Source of the DNA: a bacterium
GTDB lineage: Bacteria; Patescibacteriota; Minisyncoccia; JAUYLV01
Assembly (NCBI GenBank): GCA_030699565.1
Contig: JAUYLV010000023.1
Location: forward strand, 1-21,499
DNA length: 21,499 bases
Direction of reading: 5' to 3'
Position numbers and translations under genes: made by a program. A model generated the notes under the pieces. That model was given only the letters and a program-made list of their open reading frames with translations, made no database searches and was not told the origin of the DNA. Shown piece after piece: positions 6,860 through 16,688 of the stretch (the stretch's first letter is position 1; the number at the start of each line of letters is the position of its first letter).

Positions 6860-7387
6860 ATGGAAGCACAGACATATCCTGCATACGAAATACCCGCTGC
6901 GACAACACTCGCGACAATCGGTCAGGCATCAAAAACCTATCCGTTACAAACGGGGGCTCCGGATGCGCTGGTATTACATTGTTCCGATCCGCGGTTTCAG
7001 GAGGCCTTTCACGACTTCATCCATGGGGAGCTTGGCATACAAATGCCCGCTCCGATCTGCATTCCCGGAAGTTCCGCGGCGTTCGGCGTGCAAACGGTTC
7101 TGCCGAAGGGGTGGAACGCGCTGCGTCGCCAGCTGGAGCTTCTGACCAAGGACAGCAAGTTTTCCAGAGTCGTTCTTATCAATCACGACGATTGCAAGGG
7201 ATACGGTTCTATCGCCCAGTATCTAGGTGGGCTTGCCAGGGTGGGCAAGGAACAAAAAACCCATCTGAAGAAACTCGCGACGTTCATCTTGAGCGAGTAT
7301 CTGCCCGGCGCGCGTCTGGAACTTTACCATGCGCGAATCGTGCAGAATGGCGGCGAGAAGGCGGTTCAGTTCGAAAAGGTTCTTTAA
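6860..7387 (+). CDS. Beta-carbonic-anhydrase-like protein of 175 aa (HCSDPR ... HDDCKG motifs)
   Basis: AAGGAG before ATG 6860. C41-S-D-P-R45 and H109-D-D-C112 match the beta-CA zinc-ligand and Asp-Arg dyad motifs (CxDxR ... HxxC) with similar spacing, but the protein is short for a beta-CA. Confidence 0.6.
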   Translation: MEAQTYPAYEIPAATTLATIGQASKTYPLQTGAPDALVLHCSDPRFQEAFHDFIHGELGIQMPAPICIPGSSAAFGVQTVLPKGWNALRRQLELLTKDSKFSRVVLINHDDCKGYGSIAQYLGGLARVGKEQKTHLKKLATFILSEYLPGARLELYHARIVQNGGEKAVQFEKVL

Positions 7388-7414
7388 GTTTCATAGCGGG
7401 CATATTGCCCAAAC

Positions 7415-7446
7415 CCGGATCCATCCAAGGATCCGGTCTTTTATTA
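7415..7446 (+). terminator. Intrinsic terminator: stem CCGGATCC/GGATCCGG with loop ATCCAA, then TCTTTTATTA
   Basis: 8-bp perfect stem followed by a T-rich tract, 28 nt after the stop at 7387. Confidence 0.7.
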
Positions 7447-7506
7447 TATGGGCTTTATGCCCGAGCCATTGCTGTATCTTGACATCGGTGGTAGGATGGA
7501 AGTTAA

Positions 7507-7583
7507 CCCCGACGTATCATTGTTTAAATCATTGAACGGTCGGGATCCCGACTTCCTTATTGTATTGGTATGGACCGTCGGGG
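7507..7583 (+). promoter_or_regulatory. Structured uvrA leader with nested inverted repeats: CCCCGAC (7507-7513), perfect 14-bp palindrome GTCGGGATCCCGAC (7539-7552), and GTCGGGG (7577-7583)
   Basis: The four segments can pair alternatively (1:2 with 3:4, or 2:3 with 1:4). They sit 24-100 nt upstream of the uvrA ATG. Candidate operator (SOS-like) or RNA switch; no known LexA-box consensus matched. Confidence 0.3.
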
Positions 7584-7606
7584 CCATATCTATTTCAAAT
7601 TTTTTC

Positions 7607-10600
7607 ATGGACAAGCGAACCAATCATGGGGAGTATATACGGATCCGGGGAGCCAAGGTCCACAATCTTAAAAATGTGGACGTTGATATTCCGCGGAACA
7701 AGCTTACGGTCATTACCGGGCTTTCCGGCTCCGGTAAAAGTTCGCTTGCCTTCGATACCATTTATGCGGAGGGTGAACGGCGATTCGTGGAATCGCTATC
7801 GAGTTACGCCCGGCAGTTTTTGGGCGTAAAGGAAAAACCGGAGGTTGACTCCATTGAGGGATTGTCGCCGGCCATTTCAATAGACCAAAAGAGCGTCTCG
7901 CGCAATCCGCGTTCCACGGTAGGCACGATCACGGAGGTATACGATTACCTCCGTCTTTTGTTCGCCCGTGCCGGGCGGCCGCACTGCCCTAATTGCGGAA
8001 AACCCGTCGAAAAGCAATCCGTGTCCCAGATCGTTGCAAAGGTTCTGGCGCTTCCGGAAAAGACGGATATCGCGGTTTTGGCGCCCGTGGTGCGGGACAA
8101 GAAGGGAGAGCATAAGGGGGTTCTGAAGCGAATATTGGAAGGCCGCTACGTGCGCGTGCGCGTGGATGGCACGATCATGCGCGTGGACGAGGCCGTGGCA
8201 GGCGATCTTGATCCGAAAAAAAAGCATTCGATCGAGATCGCGATCGATCGGCTTGCGATCGAACCCGACATCGACAAAGCCCGTCTTGCCGATTCATTGG
8301 AACAAGCATTAAAGCTGGGAGATGGTATGGTGATCGTGCAGGCGCAAAGGTACGCAAGTACCGAAGTGCCTAAGTACCAAAGTACTTCGAATCATCAGGA
8401 AGTGCATCCTGATGACTCCATGCACACAGGCACTCAAGCACCGAGGCGCTCAAGTACTTCTGAAAATCTGATCTTCTCCGAGCGATTTGCCTGTTCCACA
8501 TGTGATACGAATCTTCCGGAGATCGAGCCGCGGCTTTTCTCGTTCAACAGCCCGCATGGCGCCTGCCCGTCCTGTACGGGCTTGGGCATAAAGCTCGAGG
8601 TGCATCCGGATCTGGTCGTTCCCAATCCGCGCCTTACCATCGCCGAAGGTGCTATACGCCCTTGGGCGTCGGCATCCCATCGCGTAGGGCGGCAGGGATG
8701 GTATGAATATATGCTCACGGAACTCGCCCGAAAGATGCGGTTCTCGCTTAATACACCCGTAAAAGATCTGCCGAAGCGCATTGTCGATTTGTTGCTCTAT
8801 GGCGATAGGGGTGAAGGGAACGAAAAGGGCTTCGAAGGGGTTATACCGAATCTTGAGCGCAGGTATCGCGAGTCGGAGTCGGACTATACCAAGGCGGAGA
8901 TTGAACAGTACATGATCGAAAAAATTTGCGAGATGTGCGAGGGCAGGCGATTGAAAAAAGAGGCATTGGGCGTGCTCTTTTTGGGACAGAACATTCATGA
9001 AATAATTTCACTGACGAGCGCGGACGCCATGAGGTTTTTTGGCACCATCGCCGCAGACCTGTCGATCCGTATGGCGCCGGGCTCCGCAATAAAAACGCCC
9101 GCTTCCCCAAGCGCAAAACACAGCGCGCAGATGCTGACGAAAAGCGAGATACAGATCATAACACCCCTCATAAAAGAAATTTTGACGCGTTTGCAATTTT
9201 TGGTGGATGTGGGCCTGGATTATCTGACATTGAATCGTTCGGCCAAGACGCTTGCGGGAGGCGAGGCGCAGCGCATCAGGCTTGCCACACAAATCGGCTC
9301 GCAATTGGTCGGCGTGCTCTATATTCTGGACGAGCCGTCCATCGGTTTACATCCGCGCGATCATGATCGGCTTATCCATTCCATAAAAAAACTTCGCGAT
9401 CTGGGCAATACGGTCATCGTGGTCGAACACGACCGCGAGACGATCTTGGAGGCCGATTGGGTGGTTGATGTCGGCCCGGGTGCCGGCCGCCATGGCGGCG
9501 AGATCGTTGCAAGCGGCACTCCGGCGGCGATGAAGAGATGCCATACGCTTACGGGAGATTATCTTTCCGGCCGGAAACAGATCGAAGAGCCGAAATCGTT
9601 TCGCAAGGGGAACGGTAAAAAACTGATCGTCGAGGGTGCCGCGGAACACAATCTTAAAAACATCACCGTTGCCTTTCCGCTCGGAAAGCTGGTGAGCGTT
9701 ACGGGCGTGTCCGGATCGGGAAAATCCACGCTTGTGATCGATATTCTGGCCCGGGCGCTTTCCCAGAAGTTTTATCATGCCAAGCAGCCGCCGGGACGGC
9801 ATAAGGATATCGAGGGGCTTGAGCATATCGATAAAATGGTTCACGTAGACCAATCGCCCATCGGCCGCACGCCTCGTTCGAATCCTGCTACCTACATCGG
9901 GGCATTTACGCATATTCGGGATTTATTCGCCAAGACGGAAGAGGCGCGTATTCGCGGATATCAGGCTGGTCGGTTCAGCTTCAACGTGAAAGGCGGGCGA
10001 TGCGAAGTATGTCGTGGCGAGGGTGTTCGAAAAATCGAGATGCATTTTTTGCCCGATATGCATGTGGAGTGCGAAGAATGCCACGGCAAGCGCTACAACC
10101 GCGAGGCGCTCGAAATCCTGTATAAGGAAAAGAATATATTCGACGTTTTGGATATGACGGTTGAAGAGGCGCTTAAGTTTTTTGAGGCCATCCCGCCCCT
10201 GAAGCAGAAATTAAAAACCTTGTTGGATGTCGGTTTGAGCTATATTAAGGTAGGGCAGCCGGCCACCACGCTTTCGGGCGGAGAGGCGCAGCGGGTGAAA
10301 CTCGCCAATGAACTTGCCAGGCGCGACACGGGTCGGACGCTGTATATTCTTGATGAGCCGACAACGGGCCTCCATTTCGATGACGTGCGGAAATTATTGG
10401 GGGTACTGCAGAAACTGGTCGATAAAGGCAATACCGTGCTGGTTATTGAACACAATCTCGATGTCATAAAATGCGCGGATTGGGTTATCGATCTGGGGCC
10501 TGATGGCGGCAGCGGGGGAGGCGAGATTATTGCCGAAGGAACACCGAAGGATATTATGAAGGCGAAGCGGAGCTATACGGGTCAGTGGCTGAAGAAGCAG

Positions 10601-10609
10601 GAATCGTAA
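7607..10609 (+). CDS. uvrA: Excinuclease ABC subunit A (UvrA, class I), 1000 aa
   Basis: [51 protein letters not shown]... has two ABC ATPase modules (GLSGSGKSS and GVSGSGKST), signature LSGGE motifs, and zinc-finger Cys clusters. The ORF-track ORF from 7448 is an in-frame upstream extension. Start chosen at Met 7607 by homology; no Shine-Dalgarno site. Confidence 0.9.
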   Translation: MDKRTNHGEYIRIRGAKVHNLKNVDVDIPRNKLTVITGLSGSGKSSLAFDTIYAEGERRFVESLSSYARQFLGVKEKPEVDSIEGLSPAISIDQKSVSRNPRSTVGTITEVYDYLRLLFARAGRPHCPNCGKPVEKQSVSQIVAKVLALPEKTDIAVLAPVVRDKKGEHKGVLKRILEGRYVRVRVDGTIMRVDEAVAGDLDPKKKHSIEIAIDRLAIEPDIDKARLADSLEQALKLGDGMVIVQAQRYASTEVPKYQSTSNHQEVHPDDSMHTGTQAPRRSSTSENLIFSERFACSTCDTNLPEIEPRLFSFNSPHGACPSCTGLGIKLEVHPDLVVPNPRLTIAEGAIRPWASASHRVGRQGWYEYMLTELARKMRFSLNTPVKDLPKRIVDLLLYGDRGEGNEKGFEGVIPNLERRYRESESDYTKAEIEQYMIEKICEMCEGRRLKKEALGVLFLGQNIHEIISLTSADAMRFFGTIAADLSIRMAPGSAIKTPASPSAKHSAQMLTKSEIQIITPLIKEILTRLQFLVDVGLDYLTLNRSAKTLAGGEAQRIRLATQIGSQLVGVLYILDEPSIGLHPRDHDRLIHSIKKLRDLGNTVIVVEHDRETILEADWVVDVGPGAGRHGGEIVASGTPAAMKRCHTLTGDYLSGRKQIEEPKSFRKGNGKKLIVEGAAEHNLKNITVAFPLGKLVSVTGVSGSGKSTLVIDILARALSQKFYHAKQPPGRHKDIEGLEHIDKMVHVDQSPIGRTPRSNPATYIGAFTHIRDLFAKTEEARIRGYQAGRFSFNVKGGRCEVCRGEGVRKIEMHFLPDMHVECEECHGKRYNREALEILYKEKNIFDVLDMTVEEALKFFEAIPPLKQKLKTLLDVGLSYIKVGQPATTLSGGEAQRVKLANELARRDTGRTLYILDEPTTGLHFDDVRKLLGVLQKLVDKGNTVLVIEHNLDVIKCADWVIDLGPDGGSGGGEIIAEGTPKDIMKAKRSYTGQWLKKQES

Positions 10610-10641
10610 GTCCAAAATCAAGAATTAAGAATTCGGAATTA

Positions 10642-10669
10642 AAAAACCGCGTCTTATGACTCGGTTTTT
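10642..10669. terminator. Weak AU-rich hairpin (AAAAACCG...CGGTTTTT) after uvrA, overlapping the stop of the convergent minus gene
   Basis: An A-run and T-run flank a short GC core. Stem stability is low. Possibly a bidirectional terminator. Confidence 0.3.
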
Positions 10670-11364
10670 GCATTCAATGAAGCGGTGCAATTCGCGTATT
10701 CCTTGAATACCATAATATGAAATACCGCCTGATTGAATTCTTCGATGACCTCGATGCATCCGGCATCGCGCAGGCGCTTCAGGTAGTCACGCATCCAGCT
10801 GATGTCCGCTGCGGGCAGAAATGTCCGTTTGCCGGTCTTTTTATTCAGGGGCATTTTGGCAATGTCTATCGTCGAGGCATAAAGATGCGATGATGCTTCC
10901 GGACCTTCGTAGTCGGCGGCATTGGCGTTACGCCCTACGCGTATCCAGCGCTTGTTCCGTTTGACGAGGCGTCCTTCTTTCAATTCACGCTGATGTTCGA
11001 CGGTTCGGACCGCGGAGTTGACCTGATTTACACGCTTTCGCTCTTTGAGAAAATCTTTGCCAAAGTCCTCGAGAAAATCAATGGCCCAATGTGTTACATA
11101 GCGAAACTTCTTCTCTAGTCGATCATCCACGACGTTATGCGCATTGTGGGGCAACGGTATCAAAAAGCCCGATGTTTTCAAGGGATCCAGATCGGTTTCC
11201 CAAATGCGCTGCAAGCCTTCCTGCTCGGCTTGTCTGACGAATTTTTGCCGGATTTCTGCTGAGCCGGGGAATGGCGTTGTCTGCGCATTGCCCTGAACAC
11301 ATAAAAATCCAAAGACGATAATTCCGGCGACTGCCAGCATCCGCCGCGCGATTAATGTGCGCAT
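10654..11364 (-). CDS. Secreted protein of 236 aa, possibly a LAS/M15-like zinc peptidase (SSHLYASTIDIA: His-x6-Asp)
   Basis: GGAG 5 nt upstream of ATG (reverse complement of 11362-11364). Signal peptide MRTLIARRMLAVAGIIVFGFLCVQGNA. SxHxxxxxxD resembles the VanY/M15 motif SxHxxGxAxD, and a later FH could supply the second His. The family assignment is tentative. Confidence 0.6.
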   Translation of the reverse strand: MRTLIARRMLAVAGIIVFGFLCVQGNAQTTPFPGSAEIRQKFVRQAEQEGLQRIWETDLDPLKTSGFLIPLPHNAHNVVDDRLEKKFRYVTHWAIDFLEDFGKDFLKERKRVNQVNSAVRTVEHQRELKEGRLVKRNKRWIRVGRNANAADYEGPEASSHLYASTIDIAKMPLNKKTGKRTFLPAADISWMRDYLKRLRDAGCIEVIEEFNQAVFHIMVFKEYANCTASLNAKTES

Positions 11365-11411
11365 CGCAACTCCATCCTATGTTAAATTTGAATGAACGAG
11401 GTATGATAGGC

Positions 11412-12623
11412 ATGATACGTATGAAAACCGACATGGTCAATTCCCCTTACTATTCACCGCTATTGGCGACTATCGTCTATCACGATCTTTTCGATATTCC
11501 GCTTACCGCATGGGAGGTGTTTAAATATCAGATCGTCGATCATAAAGCATTAAACACGGAGTATGCCCAGACCATGGAAGCGAGTCATTGCGAGGAGGAA
11601 CGACGAAGCAATCCTATTCATAAAGTATCCCCTGGGCGCATTTCATTCTTGGAAAACATGGATGCCGCCCGTGAAATGCTCTCCCAGAGCATTTCACCCA
11701 CGCCTTCGCAGAGTACCGCGTCGGCTCGCGATGACAAGCGGAATATTATCGCGTACCCAGCAATAATAAATGCATTGAATGTATTAGCTGATCAAGGCAT
11801 TATCGCCGAAAAGAACGGCTATTATTTTTTAAAGGGGCGGGATGCTATATATGAAATTCACATCGAGCGGTTGAAGATCGCGGAAGAAAAATGGCATGCG
11901 GTGCGAAATGTTGTGCAATGGCAGGCTGCCGTTCCATTCGTGCGGGCTATTTTTGTTTCCGGATCGGTCGCAATGGGGAATGCCAACGCTTCCAGCGATG
12001 TGGATCTTTTTATTATAACGGAACATGGTCGCATATGGACGGCGAGATTTCTTCTTATCGCGCTGACGTTCTCTTTCGGAAAACTTCGGTCATCACGACT
12101 CGGAGGCTCCACGGCCTCAAAATGCTGTCTGAATCATTTTATCACCACAAAATCCCTCGGCTTAAGGGCGCAGAGTCTTTATAACGCGGCTACCTACGCG
12201 AGGCTCATTCCGGTCGCAGGCGGGGAATGGCTAACCCGTTTTTATGAGGTAAATGCCTGGGTTGGAGATCATCTGCCGTGGTATGCACGCGGAAATGACG
12301 GCAGAGAGCATGCAGCTTCATCGAATCGAAAATTGATGCAGAGTGCCTGGCGAGGCAGGATGCAAAAGGCCCTTGAGATACTCCTTGCGGGATTGATCGG
12401 AAATATGGTTGAGGCGGCCTTGCGATCGATCCAGAAGGCGCTTATTGCGCGCAATGCCTTGACGCCAGCCTCCGTGACGGCGGGAAGGGTTGTGGCGAGC
12501 GATGAGGAACTTGCGTTTCATCCTGAATCTCCGGAGCGTACAATTCTTGACAATTATGCCAAAATAATGCTAGAATCAAACTTCGGGAAAATACCCGAAA
12601 TCCGATCTTATACAAAAAAATAA
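11412..12623 (+). CDS. Pol-beta superfamily nucleotidyltransferase-domain protein of about 400 aa, with a central winged-helix-like segment and a GS-x10-DVD motif
   Basis: GSVAMGNANASSDVDLFIITEH matches the nucleotidyltransferase signature hG[GS]x9-13Dh[DE]h. The start is uncertain: ATGs lie at 11355, 11379, 11403, 11412, 11421 and 11433; 11412 has GAGG 10 nt upstream; 11355 would overlap the divergent gene. Confidence 0.65.
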   Translation: MIRMKTDMVNSPYYSPLLATIVYHDLFDIPLTAWEVFKYQIVDHKALNTEYAQTMEASHCEEERRSNPIHKVSPGRISFLENMDAAREMLSQSISPTPSQSTASARDDKRNIIAYPAIINALNVLADQGIIAEKNGYYFLKGRDAIYEIHIERLKIAEEKWHAVRNVVQWQAAVPFVRAIFVSGSVAMGNANASSDVDLFIITEHGRIWTARFLLIALTFSFGKLRSSRLGGSTASKCCLNHFITTKSLGLRAQSLYNAATYARLIPVAGGEWLTRFYEVNAWVGDHLPWYARGNDGREHAASSNRKLMQSAWRGRMQKALEILLAGLIGNMVEAALRSIQKALIARNALTPASVTAGRVVASDEELAFHPESPERTILDNYAKIMLESNFGKIPEIRSYTKK

Positions 12624-12635
12624 AGGAGAAATCCA

Positions 12636-14195
12636 ATGGGAAACGGAGGAAAGCGAGCTGATGACCATGCCGCCTCGCTGCTCGAATTTGTCGACTGTCT
12701 TATAAATTTGACCGATCTGAAGATGGCGAATTTGCCCGTGGCGATATGTTCCCTTCCGGCGGAAGGGTTGTACCAGGATATGGCAAGACATTTGGAGATA
12801 CGCGCGTATCCCACGTGCATACTGCAAATCTTGTTGCCGAGCGCCTTCAGCGCCGAAAAAGTTCCCTTCTATGTGGCGGTGCAGCATTCGCGCCGCATGA
12901 CCTTATCCAATGCCCCTTTGGCAATGCAGGGTATCCGCATTCTCAATGCGGAAAAATTGGTCAAGAACCATGAGGGTGCGTGCATGGATGCGCGAAGCAT
13001 GGTGCATGGCCAATATCCGATCATTGGCGAGGGAGGAGCGTCCGAAGTGGATGCGGTTGCGTTGAATATCGCATCCCGAATTGGATGCCTTATCTATACC
13101 AAGCTCAACGACAAAACGCAGCCGATGCTTATTGAATGGTTTAAGGAACTTATCTGGCGGCGTATGAGCGGGTTCAATACCGAACGCGACACGGTCGAGG
13201 TGATACAGTGGATGGAAAGGCACGAGAAACGCTTCGTAAACCTGGCAACATCGTTCAATGATCCAAAGCAGGATAAGAAGCGCGGTGCCGATTTCCTGAT
13301 GAAGCTATGGCGGAATGGTCAGAAGGGTACCGTGACATTTCGTCTTCAAGTGAAGGCTCACTGGCGCGAAATTCCGTGGCATGCGCTCCATCATCCCCGC
13401 GTGTCGGCTTTGGTGCGCAGTAAAAATCCGTCATCCCTGACCGATGAGGCGTATGGGCGTCTTGATTTTCAGGAGCGCTCGCTGCTACGGGAGGGCGGCA
13501 AAGCCTTGCTGCAGGAGGATTTGTTTCTGGCAATGCGACACTTCCTTGAAGCGAAGAAGCCGTACATTCCCTATGCACATCCGATTCTTACGTGGTTGAC
13601 CGAACTGATAAAAAGCAATGATGCTCCTCTTCGCGCGTTTCGTGTAGAGGCGGATTGGAAAACCCCGGGGGATGATACCCATGCGGTTTGCAGGGCCAAG
13701 GTAGTGCTGACCGGCGCGGAACGGCAAATCGCAGAACTGTATCTTGTCGCGCTGCCGGAACGGTTCATGGACTTTTGCGAAAAACGCCCGGACGCCACCG
13801 CGTTCGAGTTGAAAGTTGAAATGACGGACGAAGACAAGAAGCGGTTCATTGCGGCCGTTTCGAAAGTATTGCGTCAATCCGCAGAAATACGGCTTGCGCG
13901 CGCGCAGCATCTTCCCGCGCGTAAAAGCACCTTTCTCAGCCGCGTTTCCCGCTTCAATAATCGATGCTTACCGGCGGGGGATATTACGGAGGTTGCGCAG
14001 CTGGTCTTCGGAAGCCTTTATCGGTGCATGGAGGAGGCGCAAGTTTTGGCAACGATGCGGTCGGGCGGGCAGTGGCTCTTCTCGGCCGAAGAGCTGAGCT
14101 CGTTCAACAGTAAAAATTCGAAAGCCAATGGCGTCGCCTCAAGGGCATTGGAAATACTAAAATCCACCGGAAAGCTTGATCTGCTATCCGCATAG
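12636..14195 (+). CDS. Hypothetical cytoplasmic protein of 519 aa, co-operonic with the nucleotidyltransferase gene
   Basis: AAGGAG 7 nt before ATG 12636, which lies 12 nt after the upstream stop. No TM segment and no motif I recognise. A strong terminator follows. Confidence 0.7.
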   Translation: MGNGGKRADDHAASLLEFVDCLINLTDLKMANLPVAICSLPAEGLYQDMARHLEIRAYPTCILQILLPSAFSAEKVPFYVAVQHSRRMTLSNAPLAMQGIRILNAEKLVKNHEGACMDARSMVHGQYPIIGEGGASEVDAVALNIASRIGCLIYTKLNDKTQPMLIEWFKELIWRRMSGFNTERDTVEVIQWMERHEKRFVNLATSFNDPKQDKKRGADFLMKLWRNGQKGTVTFRLQVKAHWREIPWHALHHPRVSALVRSKNPSSLTDEAYGRLDFQERSLLREGGKALLQEDLFLAMRHFLEAKKPYIPYAHPILTWLTELIKSNDAPLRAFRVEADWKTPGDDTHAVCRAKVVLTGAERQIAELYLVALPERFMDFCEKRPDATAFELKVEMTDEDKKRFIAAVSKVLRQSAEIRLARAQHLPARKSTFLSRVSRFNNRCLPAGDITEVAQLVFGSLYRCMEEAQVLATMRSGGQWLFSAEELSSFNSKNSKANGVASRALEILKSTGKLDLLSA

Positions 14196-14219
14196 AGCGA
14201 TGCTCTATGCGGTTTTTTA
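14188..14219 (+). terminator. Strong intrinsic terminator: 11-bp stem CCGCATAGAGC/GCTCTATGCGG with loop GAT, then TTTTTT. The stem overlaps the stop codon
   Basis: Perfect stem plus a 6-T run. Confidence 0.8.
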
Positions 14220-14233
14220 TTGTTTTGTCAATA

Positions 14234-14254
14234 AAAAGGTGTCAGACACCTTTT
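14234..14254. promoter_or_regulatory. Perfect 21-bp palindrome AAAAGGTGTC-A-GACACCTTTT
   Basis: Read directly. Its half-site GACACCTTTT recurs at 14388-14397 inside the main groES promoter. Candidate operator or hairpin. Confidence 0.35.
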
Positions 14255-14270
14255 CCGGCGGCGAGGGGGG

Positions 14271-14299
14271 TTGACCCCATTAGAGAGCGGAAGTATTAA
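14271..14299 (+). promoter_or_regulatory. Putative upstream promoter P2: TTGACC (14271-14276), 17-nt spacer, TATTAA (14294-14299), inside GGGGTTGACCCC
   Basis: Hexamers and spacing. The 9-mer GGGGTTGAC is shared with the main promoter (14267-14275 and 14382-14390). Confidence 0.35.
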
Positions 14300-14385
14300 A
14301 AGTGTTGAGAATAATTGGGTATATTCACAATACATCAAAAAAATCAATACTTTTGCTGTTTTTGTTGCAATTATCTCTAACGGGG

Positions 14386-14413
14386 TTGACACCTTTTTTG
14401 GCGCGTTTATAAT
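14386..14413 (+). promoter_or_regulatory. Consensus sigma70 promoter P1 of groES-groEL: TTGACA (14386-14391), 16-nt spacer, TATAAT (14408-14413)
   Basis: Both hexamers are exact consensus. The CIRCE operator lies 17 nt downstream. Confidence 0.7.
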
Positions 14414-14429
14414 GCTTTCGTAATCTAAT

Positions 14430-14456
14430 TTAGCAGTCTAAAGGTCAGAGTGCTAA
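14430..14456 (+). promoter_or_regulatory. CIRCE (HrcA operator): TTAGCAGTC-N9-GAGTGCTAA
   Basis: It matches the consensus TTAGCACTC-N9-GAGTGCTAA with one mismatch. It sits between the promoter and groES, the canonical position. Confidence 0.85.
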
Positions 14457-14533
14457 CATCACAAGGCATGGAACTTGAAGCTTGAAGCATAAATTTATGT
14501 TTCATGCCTCATGCTTCATGTTTTATGAAATAT

Positions 14534-14824
14534 ATGAAGTTGAAGCCTTTACGCGATAACGTGGTCATCGAGCCCTTAAAAGCGGAGGAGAAGACCAAAA
14601 GCGGCATTGTGCTGCCGGATACGGCAAACAAGGAGCGTCCGGAACAGGGTAAGGTCATTGCCGTGGGAGAAGGAAAGTTGTCCGATGACGGCAAGAAACT
14701 GCCGCTTACGGTCAAAGTCGGTGATACGGTACTGTTTACCAAGTATGGTCCGAGCGAGGTGAAGGTCGACAATAGGGAATACTTGATCTGCAAGGAAGAA
14801 GACGTTCTTGCGATCCTGGAATAA
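14534..14824 (+). CDS. groES: Co-chaperonin GroES (about 96 aa)
   Basis: [48 protein letters not shown]... is GroES-like. Start taken at ATG 14534 (MKLKP); in-frame alternatives are ATG 14525 and ATG 14504. No Shine-Dalgarno site. Confidence 0.9.
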   Translation: MKLKPLRDNVVIEPLKAEEKTKSGIVLPDTANKERPEQGKVIAVGEGKLSDDGKKLPLTVKVGDTVLFTKYGPSEVKVDNREYLICKEEDVLAILE

Positions 14825-14827
14825 TCA

Positions 14828-16563
<1,736 letters not shown>

Positions 16564-16590
16564 GTATAGAGGCGGAAAGACGCAGATAGT

Positions 16591-16628
16591 GACGCGGAAT
16601 AACGCGGAATGAATAACGCGGAATGAAA
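16591..16628 (+). repeat. Short tandem repeat: ACGCGGAAT three times (GACGCGGAATAACGCGGAATGAATAACGCGGAATGAAA), in 10/14-nt units
   Basis: Read directly. It lies between the groEL stop and the terminator. Confidence 0.5.
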
Positions 16629-16665
16629 ATACCCGATGCGATCTAACGCATCGGGTATTTGTTTT
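16629..16665 (+). terminator. Intrinsic terminator: 12-bp stem ATACCCGATGCG/CGCATCGGGTAT with loop ATCTAA, then TTGTTTT
   Basis: Perfect stem plus a T-rich tract after groEL. AAAA upstream may give weak activity for the convergent minus gene. Confidence 0.7.
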
Positions 16666-16688
16666 AACGCCTTCGAATGTCGCAGACG

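Noticed and set aside
6799-7482. 227-aa plus ORF overlapping the beta-CA-like gene in another frame
   Set aside because: It starts in the terminator hairpin and has no ribosome-binding site. The 6860 frame has AAGGAG and the conserved motifs.
7479-7498. TTGACA followed 4 nt later by a TGnTAGGAT extended -10-like element upstream of uvrA
   Set aside because: The spacing is incompatible with a single sigma70 promoter. Either hexamer could be coincidental, so no promoter was called.
7448-7606. In-frame 53-codon N-terminal extension of uvrA
   Set aside because: UvrA homologues begin at the MDK...IRGA..HNLKN segment. The upstream stretch has no homologous counterpart and contains the structured leader. 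It is kept as a leader rather than coding sequence, though a leader peptide cannot be excluded.
9870-9895. tRNA-like T-arm motif GTTCGAATCC
   Set aside because: It lies inside the uvrA reading frame (encodes PRSNPAT). No acceptor, D or anticodon arms are present around it.
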